A stretch of DNA of 64,000 nt, taken from contig NW_002060965.1 of assembly GCF_000150275.1 (NCBI RefSeq), forward strand, positions 825,834-889,833. The letters are read 5' to 3'. This DNA comes from Trichoplax adhaerens (taxonomy: Eukaryota > Animalia > Placozoa). The notes beneath the pieces are model-generated. The model saw only the letters and a program-made list of their open reading frames with translations, ran no database searches and was not told the origin of the DNA. Every line of letters begins with the position of its first letter. Position 1 is the stretch's first letter. Shown piece by piece: positions 52,625-64,000 of this stretch. The position numbers and the translations under genes were made by a program.

Positions 52625-54598
52625 TCAAATATGAAATAAGAGAGCAACATTAGCAACAAAATCGTCTACGGTACCTTTCTTCCATGGTAATCGTCGATGA
52701 AAATGATGATATAATTTGGGATGGCAAACGCGCTCAATATCGTAATGATGATAAAGTAATTGATTAAGGAATGCAGAATCTTCACCACCCCATCGATAAC
52801 GAAACTGTGATGCATTATAACCGCCAATACGCAGAAAATCCTCTCGATAAAGTGCCATAATACCAAATCCATACTCTTCCCATTCCCCATTTGGATCATT
52901 CGGTGATGCATTACAGTGTAAGCGTAGTAAAATGGGCATATAGACAGTTTTACCGGGAAAGCAACGCTTACGAACATTGTCAATTAGATCAAGAGGTAAA
53001 TTTAAGTGTAAATCATAAGCTACAATAATGCTGCGACGATTATTAATGGCTTGAACGCCAGCATTGATACCAGCACTTCGACTAAATCGTTTATGTTTAC
53101 GTCCTAATTGGACTAACTGAATTTTCTTAAATGAGCTGCTACGCAATAAGGCTGGAATGTCGATGTCGGTACTGCCGAAATCAACCAAGACAACACTAAA
53201 ATATTCATCATGGCTGGTTTGATAGTATTGATTAACTTGATGAAGAAAATATTGAACCCAGTAACCCTGCTGCTGAATCGCTAAAATAATGCTAACATGA
53301 ATCTGTTGATTCCATTCAAGTTGATTAATTCGACATAATTGCTTAGATTCCTTGTTTCGATAGAAATAGTCTGCAATTCGCCAAATTGCCTTACTCTTAG
53401 AATGTTGGATTAACATTTCTATAAAGTAACGATTACTTGCTCTAGAATCAATTTTCTCCTCTACATTAATAATTTCAACAATAGAGTAGGTACGATTTAA
53501 TTTAGACCTCAAGTTGGTCATATAATCTGTAATAATGGATAGCGCTAATGGACGACTTAACGGCGAATTACAAGCTACAGCTTTATCGTCATTATAGTAT
53601 ACAAAATCGTTTCGACCATAAAACCGATGATTACGCATTAAATACACGAATGTTGGACCTTGTAAATCTACCATTGGTTTAGTAATTCTTTGTATGTTTG
53701 TTGGTGTAGAATAAGGACAATCGGGTAAAATTTGTCTTCGAATTTCAACATCTAGTAATGACTTTAAGGATAGCAAGGATTGGTTATTAACGGTAACATG
53801 ATGTTTAACAATATTTAGTTTCTTAACTTGGCTACCAAGTCGGACTATTCGCTTTGGTTGATGGCTATTGGACTTGTAACTGCATTGACGTGGTAAGGAT
53901 AAAAAAGAACTGTTAATTACCTGAAATGATGTTTGATTTCGACCATCAAAGTATCGCCACTGGATAATTACATTTCCTTTAACTTTAGCCTGTGTATGAA
54001 GAATTTCTATAAAATAATCTTCTTCCCTTTTTAAGGCTACTATATTACTTGATTGATCATCAATTTGCCAACGACTTTTAGTGACAATATGTTTAAGATG
54101 AGAAGGATTATGATCAGTGCTTAGCCATAATTCAGCAATGCCAGTTGTATAAACGCGAAACTGATAGTACGCCGTTTTAGGTGGCCTTAGTAGGCCAAAA
54201 GCGCGTTCACCATATAGTTCTAATGGGTAAGACCATTGAGTTTGATTAACCCATGTATGCAATGTTGGATGATTCGGAAATGATGAAATTTCTTTTAAAT
54301 CATCAATTTCATGGATACAATCATGCAGATCTTCCCAGCGGTATAAGTAAAGTTTACCATGCCTAGTCATCGATGGATGACTAATGCAATAGTCCGATTG
54401 TGCAATGGGTGGATGATGAACTAATTTAAGTTTCCATAATCCTTCAAAGTTAGGCTTGAAGCAATCATTTAAATGGAAGTGAATTAATTTATAACTATAG
54501 ATCATAATAAGTAAGAATAAGATTAATGCCATGATGACTAATTGACGATTTAACGCATTAGCCATGATGATAGAAATCACATGTGCTTCCTGCTTCAT
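52625..54598 (-). CDS. B4GALNT3/4-like paralog 5; catalytic motifs intact
   Basis: Single-exon ORF. The track starts at GTG 54610, but the first ATG is at 54598 (MKQEAH...). It has a TM, PA14, FSRSAG, YDLHLNLP, GEWEEYGFG, RWGGED and YHHFHR. Confidence 0.92.
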   Translation of the reverse strand: MKQEAHVISIIMANALNRQLVIMALILFLLIMIYSYKLIHFHLNDCFKPNFEGLWKLKLVHHPPIAQSDYCISHPSMTRHGKLYLYRWEDLHDCIHEIDDLKEISSFPNHPTLHTWVNQTQWSYPLELYGERAFGLLRPPKTAYYQFRVYTTGIAELWLSTDHNPSHLKHIVTKSRWQIDDQSSNIVALKREEDYFIEILHTQAKVKGNVIIQWRYFDGRNQTSFQVINSSFLSLPRQCSYKSNSHQPKRIVRLGSQVKKLNIVKHHVTVNNQSLLSLKSLLDVEIRRQILPDCPYSTPTNIQRITKPMVDLQGPTFVYLMRNHRFYGRNDFVYYNDDKAVACNSPLSRPLALSIITDYMTNLRSKLNRTYSIVEIINVEEKIDSRASNRYFIEMLIQHSKSKAIWRIADYFYRNKESKQLCRINQLEWNQQIHVSIILAIQQQGYWVQYFLHQVNQYYQTSHDEYFSVVLVDFGSTDIDIPALLRSSSFKKIQLVQLGRKHKRFSRSAGINAGVQAINNRRSIIVAYDLHLNLPLDLIDNVRKRCFPGKTVYMPILLRLHCNASPNDPNGEWEEYGFGIMALYREDFLRIGGYNASQFRYRWGGEDSAFLNQLLYHHYDIERVCHPKLYHHFHRRLPWKKGTVDDFVANVALLFHI

Positions 54599-56430
54599 TT
54601 TTACAGCCACTATACTGTATTAGATGGTTTAGGATCTATTGCATAGTTAGCAATGTAACGAGATCCAGAATCTGAGATTTTGAGCTTTCCTTTCCTTTAG
54701 TCTACTTTATTTGGAAGCCCACGCCAAGCGCGATATCATACACACGTTAACGAAACATAAGAACTGTGACAACAAATCAGCTCTAGTACGAACATAACTT
54801 TAATACTATATCCTAATGCACGTGAATATTTGTGGCATGTGATCTTAATCTAGTAAAGTAGATAAGGTGTAGATAAACCGTAAATACATATATATATAAT
54901 AAAATTAAAAATAGTATTGTACGATATCTAGGATTCCCAACGTTCTATGGCGCATACACTACAAGGTAACAACCAGTAGTTTACAGGATAGGCGATGTTG
55001 CGACAAGCAACACTGGTGCAATGAGTAGGCTTGTAATGTGTCGACAATTAATAAATAAACCATAACCAGATGGCTACCACAAATTGATTCGTATTTGAAA
55101 GATCTTTATACAAGTTAATCCTATTTTTAATGACTTTATATATAATTAAACCATTCTTGGCCATCCAATGAACGACATAGATATTTCTGGAATGGATAGA
55201 TTTGTTAAGATTTAGACTTGGTTGAAGATTTAAATGTATCGCGTTTTCTCTGCATTTCTCGAAGGTAATGATAATGGCAAGAGCTAGTTTTAGAAGATTA
55301 TTATGCGGCTCTTATCATTTTCATTTGTTCTTCTCAATAATACTGATGTTTTATAATAAGCATAGCAACATTTTTGTACTAGCATGCCATTGATGGAGCA
55401 TATTGTGCCATTTCAGCTTCTGCGGCGATTAAATTGCGGTGCAGCTGTTGCCATTTCCACTCCATCATAACGGTAAAATTAGCCAATGCAAGGCCTACCG
55501 AAAGATCACATGATACCTATCATTACTATTTCTAATTCTTCCTATATATACTACAAGAACAGTTTCTTTTAAAATAACTGGCCATCGATGTTAAAATGAT
55601 TCTGAAAGTAGTATATAATCCAAATCAATACATGTAATACTATTACTATTCACTTGATAGCATCATACCTGTTAGTTACGTTATATCCATCACGATCGGA
55701 TTTTCTACCTTCAAAAAATCTTTCTTTCGCACGTATTATTACGAATTACGAGTAAATGGTCTCATCCACACAATTTAAGTAAGGATTTTAGGTAAAACAA
55801 AGAAACATATAAGGAAATAAATCGATATCTAATTTCTAAAAATGGATAAAGTATAGATGTAGAATCAATCACCCAAACTTAAGATACAGAACTGAATAAA
55901 TTGGATACTTTTTTATTGATGTAGAAATAATTCTCAAAGCATTCTGATATACTGTAGTATAAGAAATTAATATATGAGTAATGTTTTGCCCATTTATAGA
56001 TAGTATCAAGCTTGTAAGTTATTGCCTTTAAAGAATTTGGATATTTAACGTTAATCTCTTTCAATATAAAGCTGGATATTAATTGATTATCCTTTCTCAA
56101 TATCAAGAATTTTAATACCTTGAGAACATGGAAAATGGATCCAACGCTATTAGTTATCATCTAGCTCCCGAAGACCGATAAGTCGTACGTATAAATGAAG
56201 AATAAGTCGATGATATATACAATTCTATGAATTGCAAATTGTTTACACTAGATCTTGATTTTATTCAGACAAGATACTCGTATTAACCTTTCATCTGCGT
56301 AAAATCTGAAGATAAACATCGTATGGTTTTATCATTTTCGATATAGGCCTGCACCAATATCGATTTATCCGAAAGGAAAAGTTTCATCCATAATAATGTA
56401 AAATTATTGCGACGTCAATTCATTTAGTAA

Positions 56431-58386
56431 ATGGATTTAACTTTCGGTATAAAAATTAAGCTGGCATTCAATATTTCAAGAACTATTTTGATACTAATAC
56501 TAATACTAGAAATCTTCCTATTATACTATCTATACGATTATAAATCTTACAAGTTTTCTAGTCTAAAAAGATTTATTCAAAATGCAAGTATAAAAATCTC
56601 TCGAAGCAAAGAATGGAAAGATAAATCACCTGATATAAGATCTGTAAATTTAACTTGTCAACTACGCAATTCTAAAACTCCTAATATTAACTACGATAAA
56701 TATCTGTATCATTATCGATGGGAAAATTTACAAGATTGCATCTCCGAGATTGATGATATGAGACAACTAGCATCATTTCCGAACAGACCAACTTCTTGCC
56801 AGCTTGTTAATCTAACCCAGTGGTCTAATACAATGGAGTTGTATGGAGAGAGAATATTTGGTCTCATAAGGCCACCTAAAACTGCTTATTATCAGTTTAA
56901 TGTTATTACTACCGGAGAAGCTGAGTTATGGTTAAGTAATAGCTCACATCCAGCCCAGTTAAGGCGTATCATTAGCATTAAGCATCAAGATGATAGTAGA
57001 CGTGAGTTAATTTCTACTTCAGTTCCTCTACAGGAAAATCGATCCTACTTGGTTGAATTTTTGCATGCAAATATCGCTATGAGAGGATATGCTGCAATCC
57101 AATGGCGATATTTCGATGGAGCTACTCGTACTCGATTTGAATTCCTCGATAAGCGCTACCTTCGCTTACCATCGTCTCCAATCTATCATAGCAATAGCAG
57201 AAGCCACCAAATCTATAGGATAAATATTGGCTATCAAGAAGTTCGAAAATTAAATATAACAGTGGCAAATAATAACTATACAACATACACACAGCCATTA
57301 CTTGATGCAGTAATGACACGCAATCTACTACCTAAATGTCATTATGTAGTGCCATCTTATATTAGCCATCATAGAAAACCAGTAAAAGACTGGGAAGGGG
57401 ATTATCTTGCACGAGGTATCGTTAGGCATCGATTTTACGGCCGACTAGACTTTATTAGTTTAAATGGCGATAAGGTTCAACGGTGTAGTCCTCAACTGAA
57501 TAAAGCGAAAGCCTTGTCCATCGTTAATCGGTATATGCAAGCATTGGATAGAGCATCGAATCGCACTTATAAATTAATTAAAATTATTGAGGTAGAAGAG
57601 AAAATAAATGATGGTCAAGGAAAACGTTATTATATTGAGTTATTACTGAAACGTTATGATTCTCACCTGTTATGGCGTGTATCTGATTACCTCTATTTGT
57701 CTAATCAAAATTCTCAATTATGTAAATTAATAGACATGGAATGGCATCAACGTATTCATGTTTATGTCGTTATTATTGTTCAACAGCAAGGCCAATGGAT
57801 TAAGTACTTTCTTAATCAAGTTAATCGATATTATATTCAGAGTCATGATGAGTATTTCAGTATTATTATAGTCGATTTCGGTAGTACAGATATTAATATT
57901 CGCGATGAACTCGATCGTAGTCCATTAAAGAAGTTTAAAATAATTCAACTCGGTAAGAAATATCCTAAATTTATTAAAACGATTGGGTTAAATACCGCAA
58001 TCGAGGCAATCGATGATCCCAACAGTATTATATTAATATTCGATTTACATTTTAATTTTCCTATGGACATACTTGATAATGCTAGAAAGAGATGTTTTAA
58101 GGGTAAAACCGCTTATACACCTATCATACTACGATTAAATTGTTATGCGACACCAAGTCATCCTAACGGATTCCGAGAAATTTTTGGCTATGGTATATTA
58201 GCCATGTATAAATATGATTTCAAACGTACTGGTGGTTACGATAGTGTTAATTATCGAGAGCAATGGGGAGGCGAAGATGTTCAGATGGTTAATTCTATTT
58301 TTACTCATAATTTAGATGTAGAACGAGTTTGCCATCCTACTTTATATCATCATTACCATCGTTCTCTACCATGGAAGCTTGTGTAG
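56431..58386 (+). CDS. B4GALNT3/4-like paralog 6 (inverted orientation); catalytic motifs intact
   Basis: 651-aa single-exon ORF with a TM, PA14, FDLHFNFP, GFREIFGYG, QWGGED and YHHYHR. By eye it is closest in sequence to paralog 5. Confidence 0.92.
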   Translation: MDLTFGIKIKLAFNISRTILILILILEIFLLYYLYDYKSYKFSSLKRFIQNASIKISRSKEWKDKSPDIRSVNLTCQLRNSKTPNINYDKYLYHYRWENLQDCISEIDDMRQLASFPNRPTSCQLVNLTQWSNTMELYGERIFGLIRPPKTAYYQFNVITTGEAELWLSNSSHPAQLRRIISIKHQDDSRRELISTSVPLQENRSYLVEFLHANIAMRGYAAIQWRYFDGATRTRFEFLDKRYLRLPSSPIYHSNSRSHQIYRINIGYQEVRKLNITVANNNYTTYTQPLLDAVMTRNLLPKCHYVVPSYISHHRKPVKDWEGDYLARGIVRHRFYGRLDFISLNGDKVQRCSPQLNKAKALSIVNRYMQALDRASNRTYKLIKIIEVEEKINDGQGKRYYIELLLKRYDSHLLWRVSDYLYLSNQNSQLCKLIDMEWHQRIHVYVVIIVQQQGQWIKYFLNQVNRYYIQSHDEYFSIIIVDFGSTDINIRDELDRSPLKKFKIIQLGKKYPKFIKTIGLNTAIEAIDDPNSIILIFDLHFNFPMDILDNARKRCFKGKTAYTPIILRLNCYATPSHPNGFREIFGYGILAMYKYDFKRTGGYDSVNYREQWGGEDVQMVNSIFTHNLDVERVCHPTLYHHYHRSLPWKLV

Positions 58387-59759
58387 ATAAATTACTGAGT
58401 TACTTAGCAAGGAAAGAATTGTAATGGAAACATTACAACGATAGAGTACGGCGTGTAGAACAGAATTCTTACACCGTAAAAGACTAGTTTATTACTCTTT
58501 ATACAGAATTACGTATATATCTAGTTATAGATACTAAACTTATAGTATTGGATTACATACGAGTAAGTTCATTCAAGTTTTCTTCGCTCTAATACTCCTG
58601 AAACGTATAGCTTACATGGTATGTTTAAAATAAAACATTATTAAAGGGTAAAAATTATTCTCGAATGTTGCCATGATAGTTAGATTAACATCCCGATATT
58701 CTACTATCTTCTAGATAAAGATAGCGATTTAATTTTACTGTGCTGGAACTTCTATAATAAAATGTCTCCAATTAGACGTTACTATTTTCCTAGAATCCTG
58801 TCGTAACTAATAGGCGGACAATATTATCCTGTATTTTCTTAATATAGATCTATAAATGTACTAATTCTAATACAGCATCTTATATGAAAATTATAGAACG
58901 CCTTAAACTTAACTTTACTCGTCTTGAATATTGTCATAACTGATACTTTTAATAGAAAATTATATTGCTTCTATATTTATTTATTAACGATTTTGACGCG
59001 TGAATCGGGTATAAATTATACTTGATATGTTATTTTTCTATTTTTAGTTTATCCGATAAGATCATATAATCGTCATATTGTAACTACGGCGTAGCTGTAA
59101 ACTATGCATTGTGTATTTAATCTATAGATGGTCAATATTCGAATATTATTTTGTCTGCATAAATAGCAGTAGCGTTTTGGTCGATATTCTTTCAAATGCT
59201 AAGATCAATCTATTGTAAATTGATTAAGAAACTAATCAGGGTACTTTCATATAAATATATTCGAAGATGCAAAGGTCTTTATTAACTCTACTTCTCTGTT
59301 ATATGGAAGCAAACATTATAATTATCAAACAATTGCCAATAAAATATGGTTAAACTTAGTTACACTTAGTTAGTTAGATAAGGAATTAACAAAAACAAAA
59401 TGAAGGAGATTTTATCTCGAATAATCTATCTTTCACTTATCCAAAAAGGAATAGATTTAATTTTAAAATTCTAAAAATTAATCAGCAATGGTATTGTAGT
59501 CTTTAAGGAAGTCAGGCAGATTCAATCACGTAATATATTAAAAAATAAGCTTATTTTTAATATACGAATACGCATAAGCCTATCATGTAGCATTTCTATC
59601 GGAGTACACAACTTTACCATTCGATAGTGCATAGATTAAGGATAGATTATTTAGGAACGGATATAGGACCTGATATATTTACATTCTTACTGGTTCGATT
59701 TTATAGTAGTATGAATAATCTACATTAGCATAAATACGTGTAAAGTAAATTGCATGGTA

Positions 59760-61748
59760 TCATGCTTGAATTTCTTTTATTTTTTTAGGCTCATTAACAT
59801 CTTTGTTTTCTTCCTCTTCTTCTGCTATAACTTTCTTCCAAGGTAGTCGACGATGATAATAATGAAAGAAATATGGATGGAGAAGTCTTTCAATTTCTAA
59901 TGAATTAGATATCGTACGATCTGCTATATCAGAATCTTCACCACCCCATTCAAATTGATACCTTTTATCATCCATGCCACCGATATTAACGTAATCCGAT
60001 TTATAAAATGCAGCTATACCGAATCCCCATATTTCAGGATAGCCATTCGGATTTCTTGGTGCAAAGCCACAACCTAATCTTGTTACAATCGGAAAATATG
60101 CTGCTTTTCCTTGCTTACATCGTTTCCTAACATTATCTAACATATCGACTGGAAACGTAAGATGTAAATCATACATTAATAGGATAGCATCATCGTTACG
60201 AATCCATGTAGCTGCACTATTGATTGCTGCAGTTTTAGAAAATTGAAAGTTTTCAGTTTTAATGTTCATGTAATGGTGTTTTAGCGAGCTTGACTTCAAT
60301 AACGCTGGAATGTCAACATCAGTACTATTGAAATCGGTGATAATAAGGGTAAAATGGTCATCATGAGTTTGCTTGTAGTAACGACTTAATTGATTAATAA
60401 GATAGCGTATCCATTCTCCTTGTTGTTTAATTGGAACTATGACATAGACTGGAGTCTTTGGATCCCATGATAAATCTGTCAAATGGCATAATTTAGCTTT
60501 TTTAAATGACATTGGTTCTGTACTTCGTTGAAAATATTCCGAAACACGATATAATTTATTTTCTGTCGTATCCATTAAGACAGCTTCAAATAGAAAACGA
60601 CTGCCACGTTTTCCATCTACTTTTTCTTCGATATTATGTACTTTAACTAATTCGAAGCGACTCTTAGATCTCTTCTTTAAAACTTTCATAAATGCTTTCG
60701 TTAGACTGTGAGCTACTTTACTGGGTAAGATAGCGTTTGTAGTTACCAAGTTATCACGATAAAATGTCCTATAGTTAAAATGGCCATAAGCACGATGAAT
60801 AATACGTTGAAGATAGAATGGTGCGGTATACGATTTAATAGCTTTACCCGGTTGTAAGACATAACTTGGAGGTTTATATCTACATTTCGATTTAATATCA
60901 TCGAGATATTTCTGATCCAACATAGGTAACAAGTGGAATTTCTTAGCAAATGGGACATTTTCTTTTTGCTTCTTATACCATATTTGTAGGCCATGACCAG
61001 CTTTACGAAAACGTTGAACAATATAACCGGGCATGTTGTAGATGTAATTTTTTGTTAAGGACAAATATTGGCTACTAATAATTGTATACTTTGAATTTGG
61101 TCGTTGGCTTTTCTTCCAAGCAACCTGAACAAATCCTTTTTTGTCCGCTTGTGCATGTAATACTTCAATAGAATACTTTTTATTCGCTTCTAAATAGATG
61201 TGGATAGATTCTTGATTTTGAATTAATTGAAATTGATTAGGTTTAATTTTTTGCCATGGTCCAATAAAGGCGATTTTTTTCATCTTTTCAGGGCTACTAT
61301 CAGGACTTAACCATAATTCAGCGATATCGTCGGCTGCGATAGCGAATTTATAAAATGCACTTTTCGGCGGATGTATATAACCGAAGAGGCGTTGGCCATA
61401 ATTTTCTGTGTCTTCAAACAGTTCTAACGAATCAACACTACGACATTTTGTGGGATTGTGCGGAAATAAACTAACTTCTCTCATATCGTCCAAATCATTG
61501 ATACAATATTTAAAATTAGTCCATTGATATAAGCAGATTTTTTTATCTGTTGTCGTTATGTTTCCCTTAGAATCGCGGTCGCAACGACATTGAACTTCGT
61601 ATTGGGTTGCAGGAGCTTTTTTAATCTGTGTATGAGATCGTTGAAATAGCCAATACGTACTTACAACGGATAAAATCAAGACTAGAATGATGATAAATTG
61701 AATAACAGCTATAGTCTGCCATTTGCTTAGTTTCTTTAGATTAATCAT
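59760..61748 (-). CDS. B4GALNT3/4-like paralog 7; both PA14 DD and catalytic motifs intact (most ancestral-looking)
   Basis: 662-aa single-exon ORF with a TM. It has 'ENYGQRLFGYIHPP..KFAIAADDIAELWLS', FSKTAA, YDLHLTFP, GYPEIWGFG, EWGGED and FHYYHR, plus a charged C-terminal tail. Confidence 0.93.
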   Translation of the reverse strand: MINLKKLSKWQTIAVIQFIIILVLILSVVSTYWLFQRSHTQIKKAPATQYEVQCRCDRDSKGNITTTDKKICLYQWTNFKYCINDLDDMREVSLFPHNPTKCRSVDSLELFEDTENYGQRLFGYIHPPKSAFYKFAIAADDIAELWLSPDSSPEKMKKIAFIGPWQKIKPNQFQLIQNQESIHIYLEANKKYSIEVLHAQADKKGFVQVAWKKSQRPNSKYTIISSQYLSLTKNYIYNMPGYIVQRFRKAGHGLQIWYKKQKENVPFAKKFHLLPMLDQKYLDDIKSKCRYKPPSYVLQPGKAIKSYTAPFYLQRIIHRAYGHFNYRTFYRDNLVTTNAILPSKVAHSLTKAFMKVLKKRSKSRFELVKVHNIEEKVDGKRGSRFLFEAVLMDTTENKLYRVSEYFQRSTEPMSFKKAKLCHLTDLSWDPKTPVYVIVPIKQQGEWIRYLINQLSRYYKQTHDDHFTLIITDFNSTDVDIPALLKSSSLKHHYMNIKTENFQFSKTAAINSAATWIRNDDAILLMYDLHLTFPVDMLDNVRKRCKQGKAAYFPIVTRLGCGFAPRNPNGYPEIWGFGIAAFYKSDYVNIGGMDDKRYQFEWGGEDSDIADRTISNSLEIERLLHPYFFHYYHRRLPWKKVIAEEEEENKDVNEPKKIKEIQA

Positions 61749-64000
61749 TGTAGTTAATGATAAAATGTTGTTACTTTTTTAATAGCAATCGTTAGACCCA
61801 ACATAAAGAAGGAGTTAAAATTATAATTTTTTTTATCCCTGGAGGATACTTTTTTCCAAAAGATGAATATAAATGTAGAATATTTCCTATGCTCGTATCT
61901 GTGGAGAGAGATTTAAAATATATCAATAAAAGTTAACGCAGTTACTAGAATTCATTCATTTTAATTTAACATCGTCCTGATCTATTTAAGTTAAAAGCAG
62001 TATGATTGGCATTCAACCAAATCAATATTGTAGTTGATGTTAGGAGTGCTGTAGTAGATTGCTAATATTGAATCAGAGATAATGAATTGGATAGTTTTAG
62101 ATTAATCTATCAGTTGGCTCTTAATGCTCGATGCATTGGCTAATTGATATCAAGGGTAAAAAATGTACAGTTCGGTAGCAAGTTCACTTGATTTATTTGT
62201 TAGTATATTTGAATAAACGATCGGATCGACGATGAGATAAAGTATTAGGATGGTCTTAAAAATAGTAGCGAAAAGTAGCATTTTGACTGATTTTAAGCGA
62301 TTCGAAGCTACCACGTAAAATTTATATTAAAGACATTTGGATTTAGTTGATGGGGAAGATTCAATTTTACGATTAGTTCGATTTACTGAAGCAGCTGGTT
62401 ACTAAAGGTGTGTGATGATTACAATAAAACCAGTTATCCATTTTATCGGTGTATAACGTTAAGAGAAAATTTAGTTTATCCTAAATGGACAGAAAAGTAT
62501 CTGAATACTGTTACCGTACGGTGGAGAACTGATTTGGAAAAAAAATGAAGGAGGGATTGAAGTCGATTCGTTTCTCGTCGTATCTTATAGATTTTTAATG
62601 AAACAAATAGGTCACACCAAGGTGATACTGGTTGAATTGTATACTCGAAACAGATTATTTTCTTTACTTTTGAAAATGGAAAAAAGAACTTACCTCGTTT
62701 TATTACTTGGAAAAATAAATTAACTGCGCTGTTCCGGTTAAGACCAAAGCATACTAATGAAATCAAGTTAAGAAAGCATTGATTACTGATTAGACTCTTT
62801 TATAAATAAAGGTGAACAGGACGGAAAAATTTGTAAAGGGTGGCTAAAATTGATTATTGAAACTTGTTGAACAAAATGTTCCTTTATCAATTATTGTCAT
62901 TCTTTTAGTTTAATGAGCCCAGGAAACTAATCTCTTTACGTCAATGACGATCATTCCTTGCTGTAGGCTTTTATTTGGCTATTAATAGGAACTGTTTAAC
63001 TTAAGAGTTATCCATGTCGCAAGCTATTCTAATGGGAATTAGCTCGCATGAATGAAGAAAAAACTAATTAATTATACTGTAAAACTTTCGCGACTGTGTT
63101 TTAGAATAGATAGATACTGTAGTTTGTACCATTAGCATCTAAATATTGATGATCACATATAGCTGCTAGAATGAGAATCTTTCATTAAATTACTACGATA
63201 ATGATGTGGTTTCTTAATCCCCTCGACAACAACAAAAAAGTTACAACTTAATCAGGACAAGCTCCGGTTAATCTTACGATTGGATAAGCTTAACTGTACT
63301 TGCTAGGTGGTAAAATTAATGATTGTTCGTAGCCGATGATTGATTGTTAGTAAAAACTGGTTGTCAAGCTTTAAATGATGAGAATGAATTGGAAAAGCAA
63401 ATATAATAAATGGAAGTTTTTATTGATCAGCATATTTAGCAATAGTCGCATTGTTGTAAAGATTGTTTGATTATATATGATTTCTATTTAAATTTTTTTG
63501 AGAAAGGGATTTAGTATTATTCCCAAAGGAATAAAACACTGTCAGTTTAGTTCTGATGTTGCCTTGATCTTTATATTTTAGTATAAAAGAAATGTTGTCG
63601 CGAATAATCATTAAAATATGTGTATCGTTACACTAATACACCAAGTCCGAACCGTAGCGTAATGTCCTACCTGATAATTCGTTGTAATTATAATAGATAA
63701 GTTATAAGTTCTAATAATCATAGATTGCAAATTATCAACATGTTATGTTATCAAAATGCCTGTCTGCGTGGTGTCTAGGAATTGAGTCAACTTCAATATC
63801 TGTATAGTACGACGTTGCTAAGTTCCAAACGATCCGTTACTATTACAACTAGAATCTTATAAAAAGGAAAGTCTTAAGACCTCTTCGGCATTGCTTTACA
63901 CGATCATTCAATGACTGTGCTAATGTATGTACAGTACAACCTCCAATAAAGTCAATTAATTAGTAGCAAAGCGCGAGCTGCATTTATGAAAAGTATCTCT

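Noticed and set aside
19367-61748. UGT1/protocadherin-style variable exons spliced to a shared constant 3' exon, or bacterial HGT origin of the intronless genes
   Set aside because: Every ORF has its own complete C-terminus and stop, and one is inverted. The type II TM-PA14-GT7 architecture and motifs match animal B4GALNT3/4, and there is no operon-like spacing.
1-64000. tRNA, rRNA or transposase/RT-encoding elements
   Set aside because: No cloverleaf, rRNA signature, transposase/RT ORF or clear terminal inverted repeats were recognised by eye. Short non-autonomous elements cannot be excluded.

Overview
AT-rich eukaryotic (animal) genomic DNA with short GT-AG introns. The compact genes and (TACTG/CAGTA)n-rich promoter regions suggest an early-branching metazoan such as a placozoan (inference, not verified). 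The first ~17 kb hold three spliced genes that I reconstructed by hand: a GOST-family (GPR107/TMEM87-like) 7TM protein (+), a non-muscle myosin II regulatory light chain (-, 171 aa), and, head-to-head with it, a type II pantothenate kinase (+). The remaining ~43 kb is a tandem cluster of seven intronless type II membrane glycosyltransferase genes of 625-664 aa. Each has a TM anchor, a PA14 domain and a GT7/CHGN-type catalytic domain, resembling LacdiNAc synthases B4GALNT3/4. Main finding: the paralogs keep functional motifs in a mosaic pattern. Four keep the DLH, WGGED and C-terminal His catalytic motifs. Three keep full-length ORFs but have lost them (probable pseudoenzymes). Only two keep the PA14 'DD' motif, and one of those two is catalytically degenerate. 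The cluster's intergenic DNA carries tandem duplications of different ages: a 6 kb block of three adjacent degenerate arrays, a young 73/78-bp satellite, and copies of one gene's own coding 3' end behind its stop codon.
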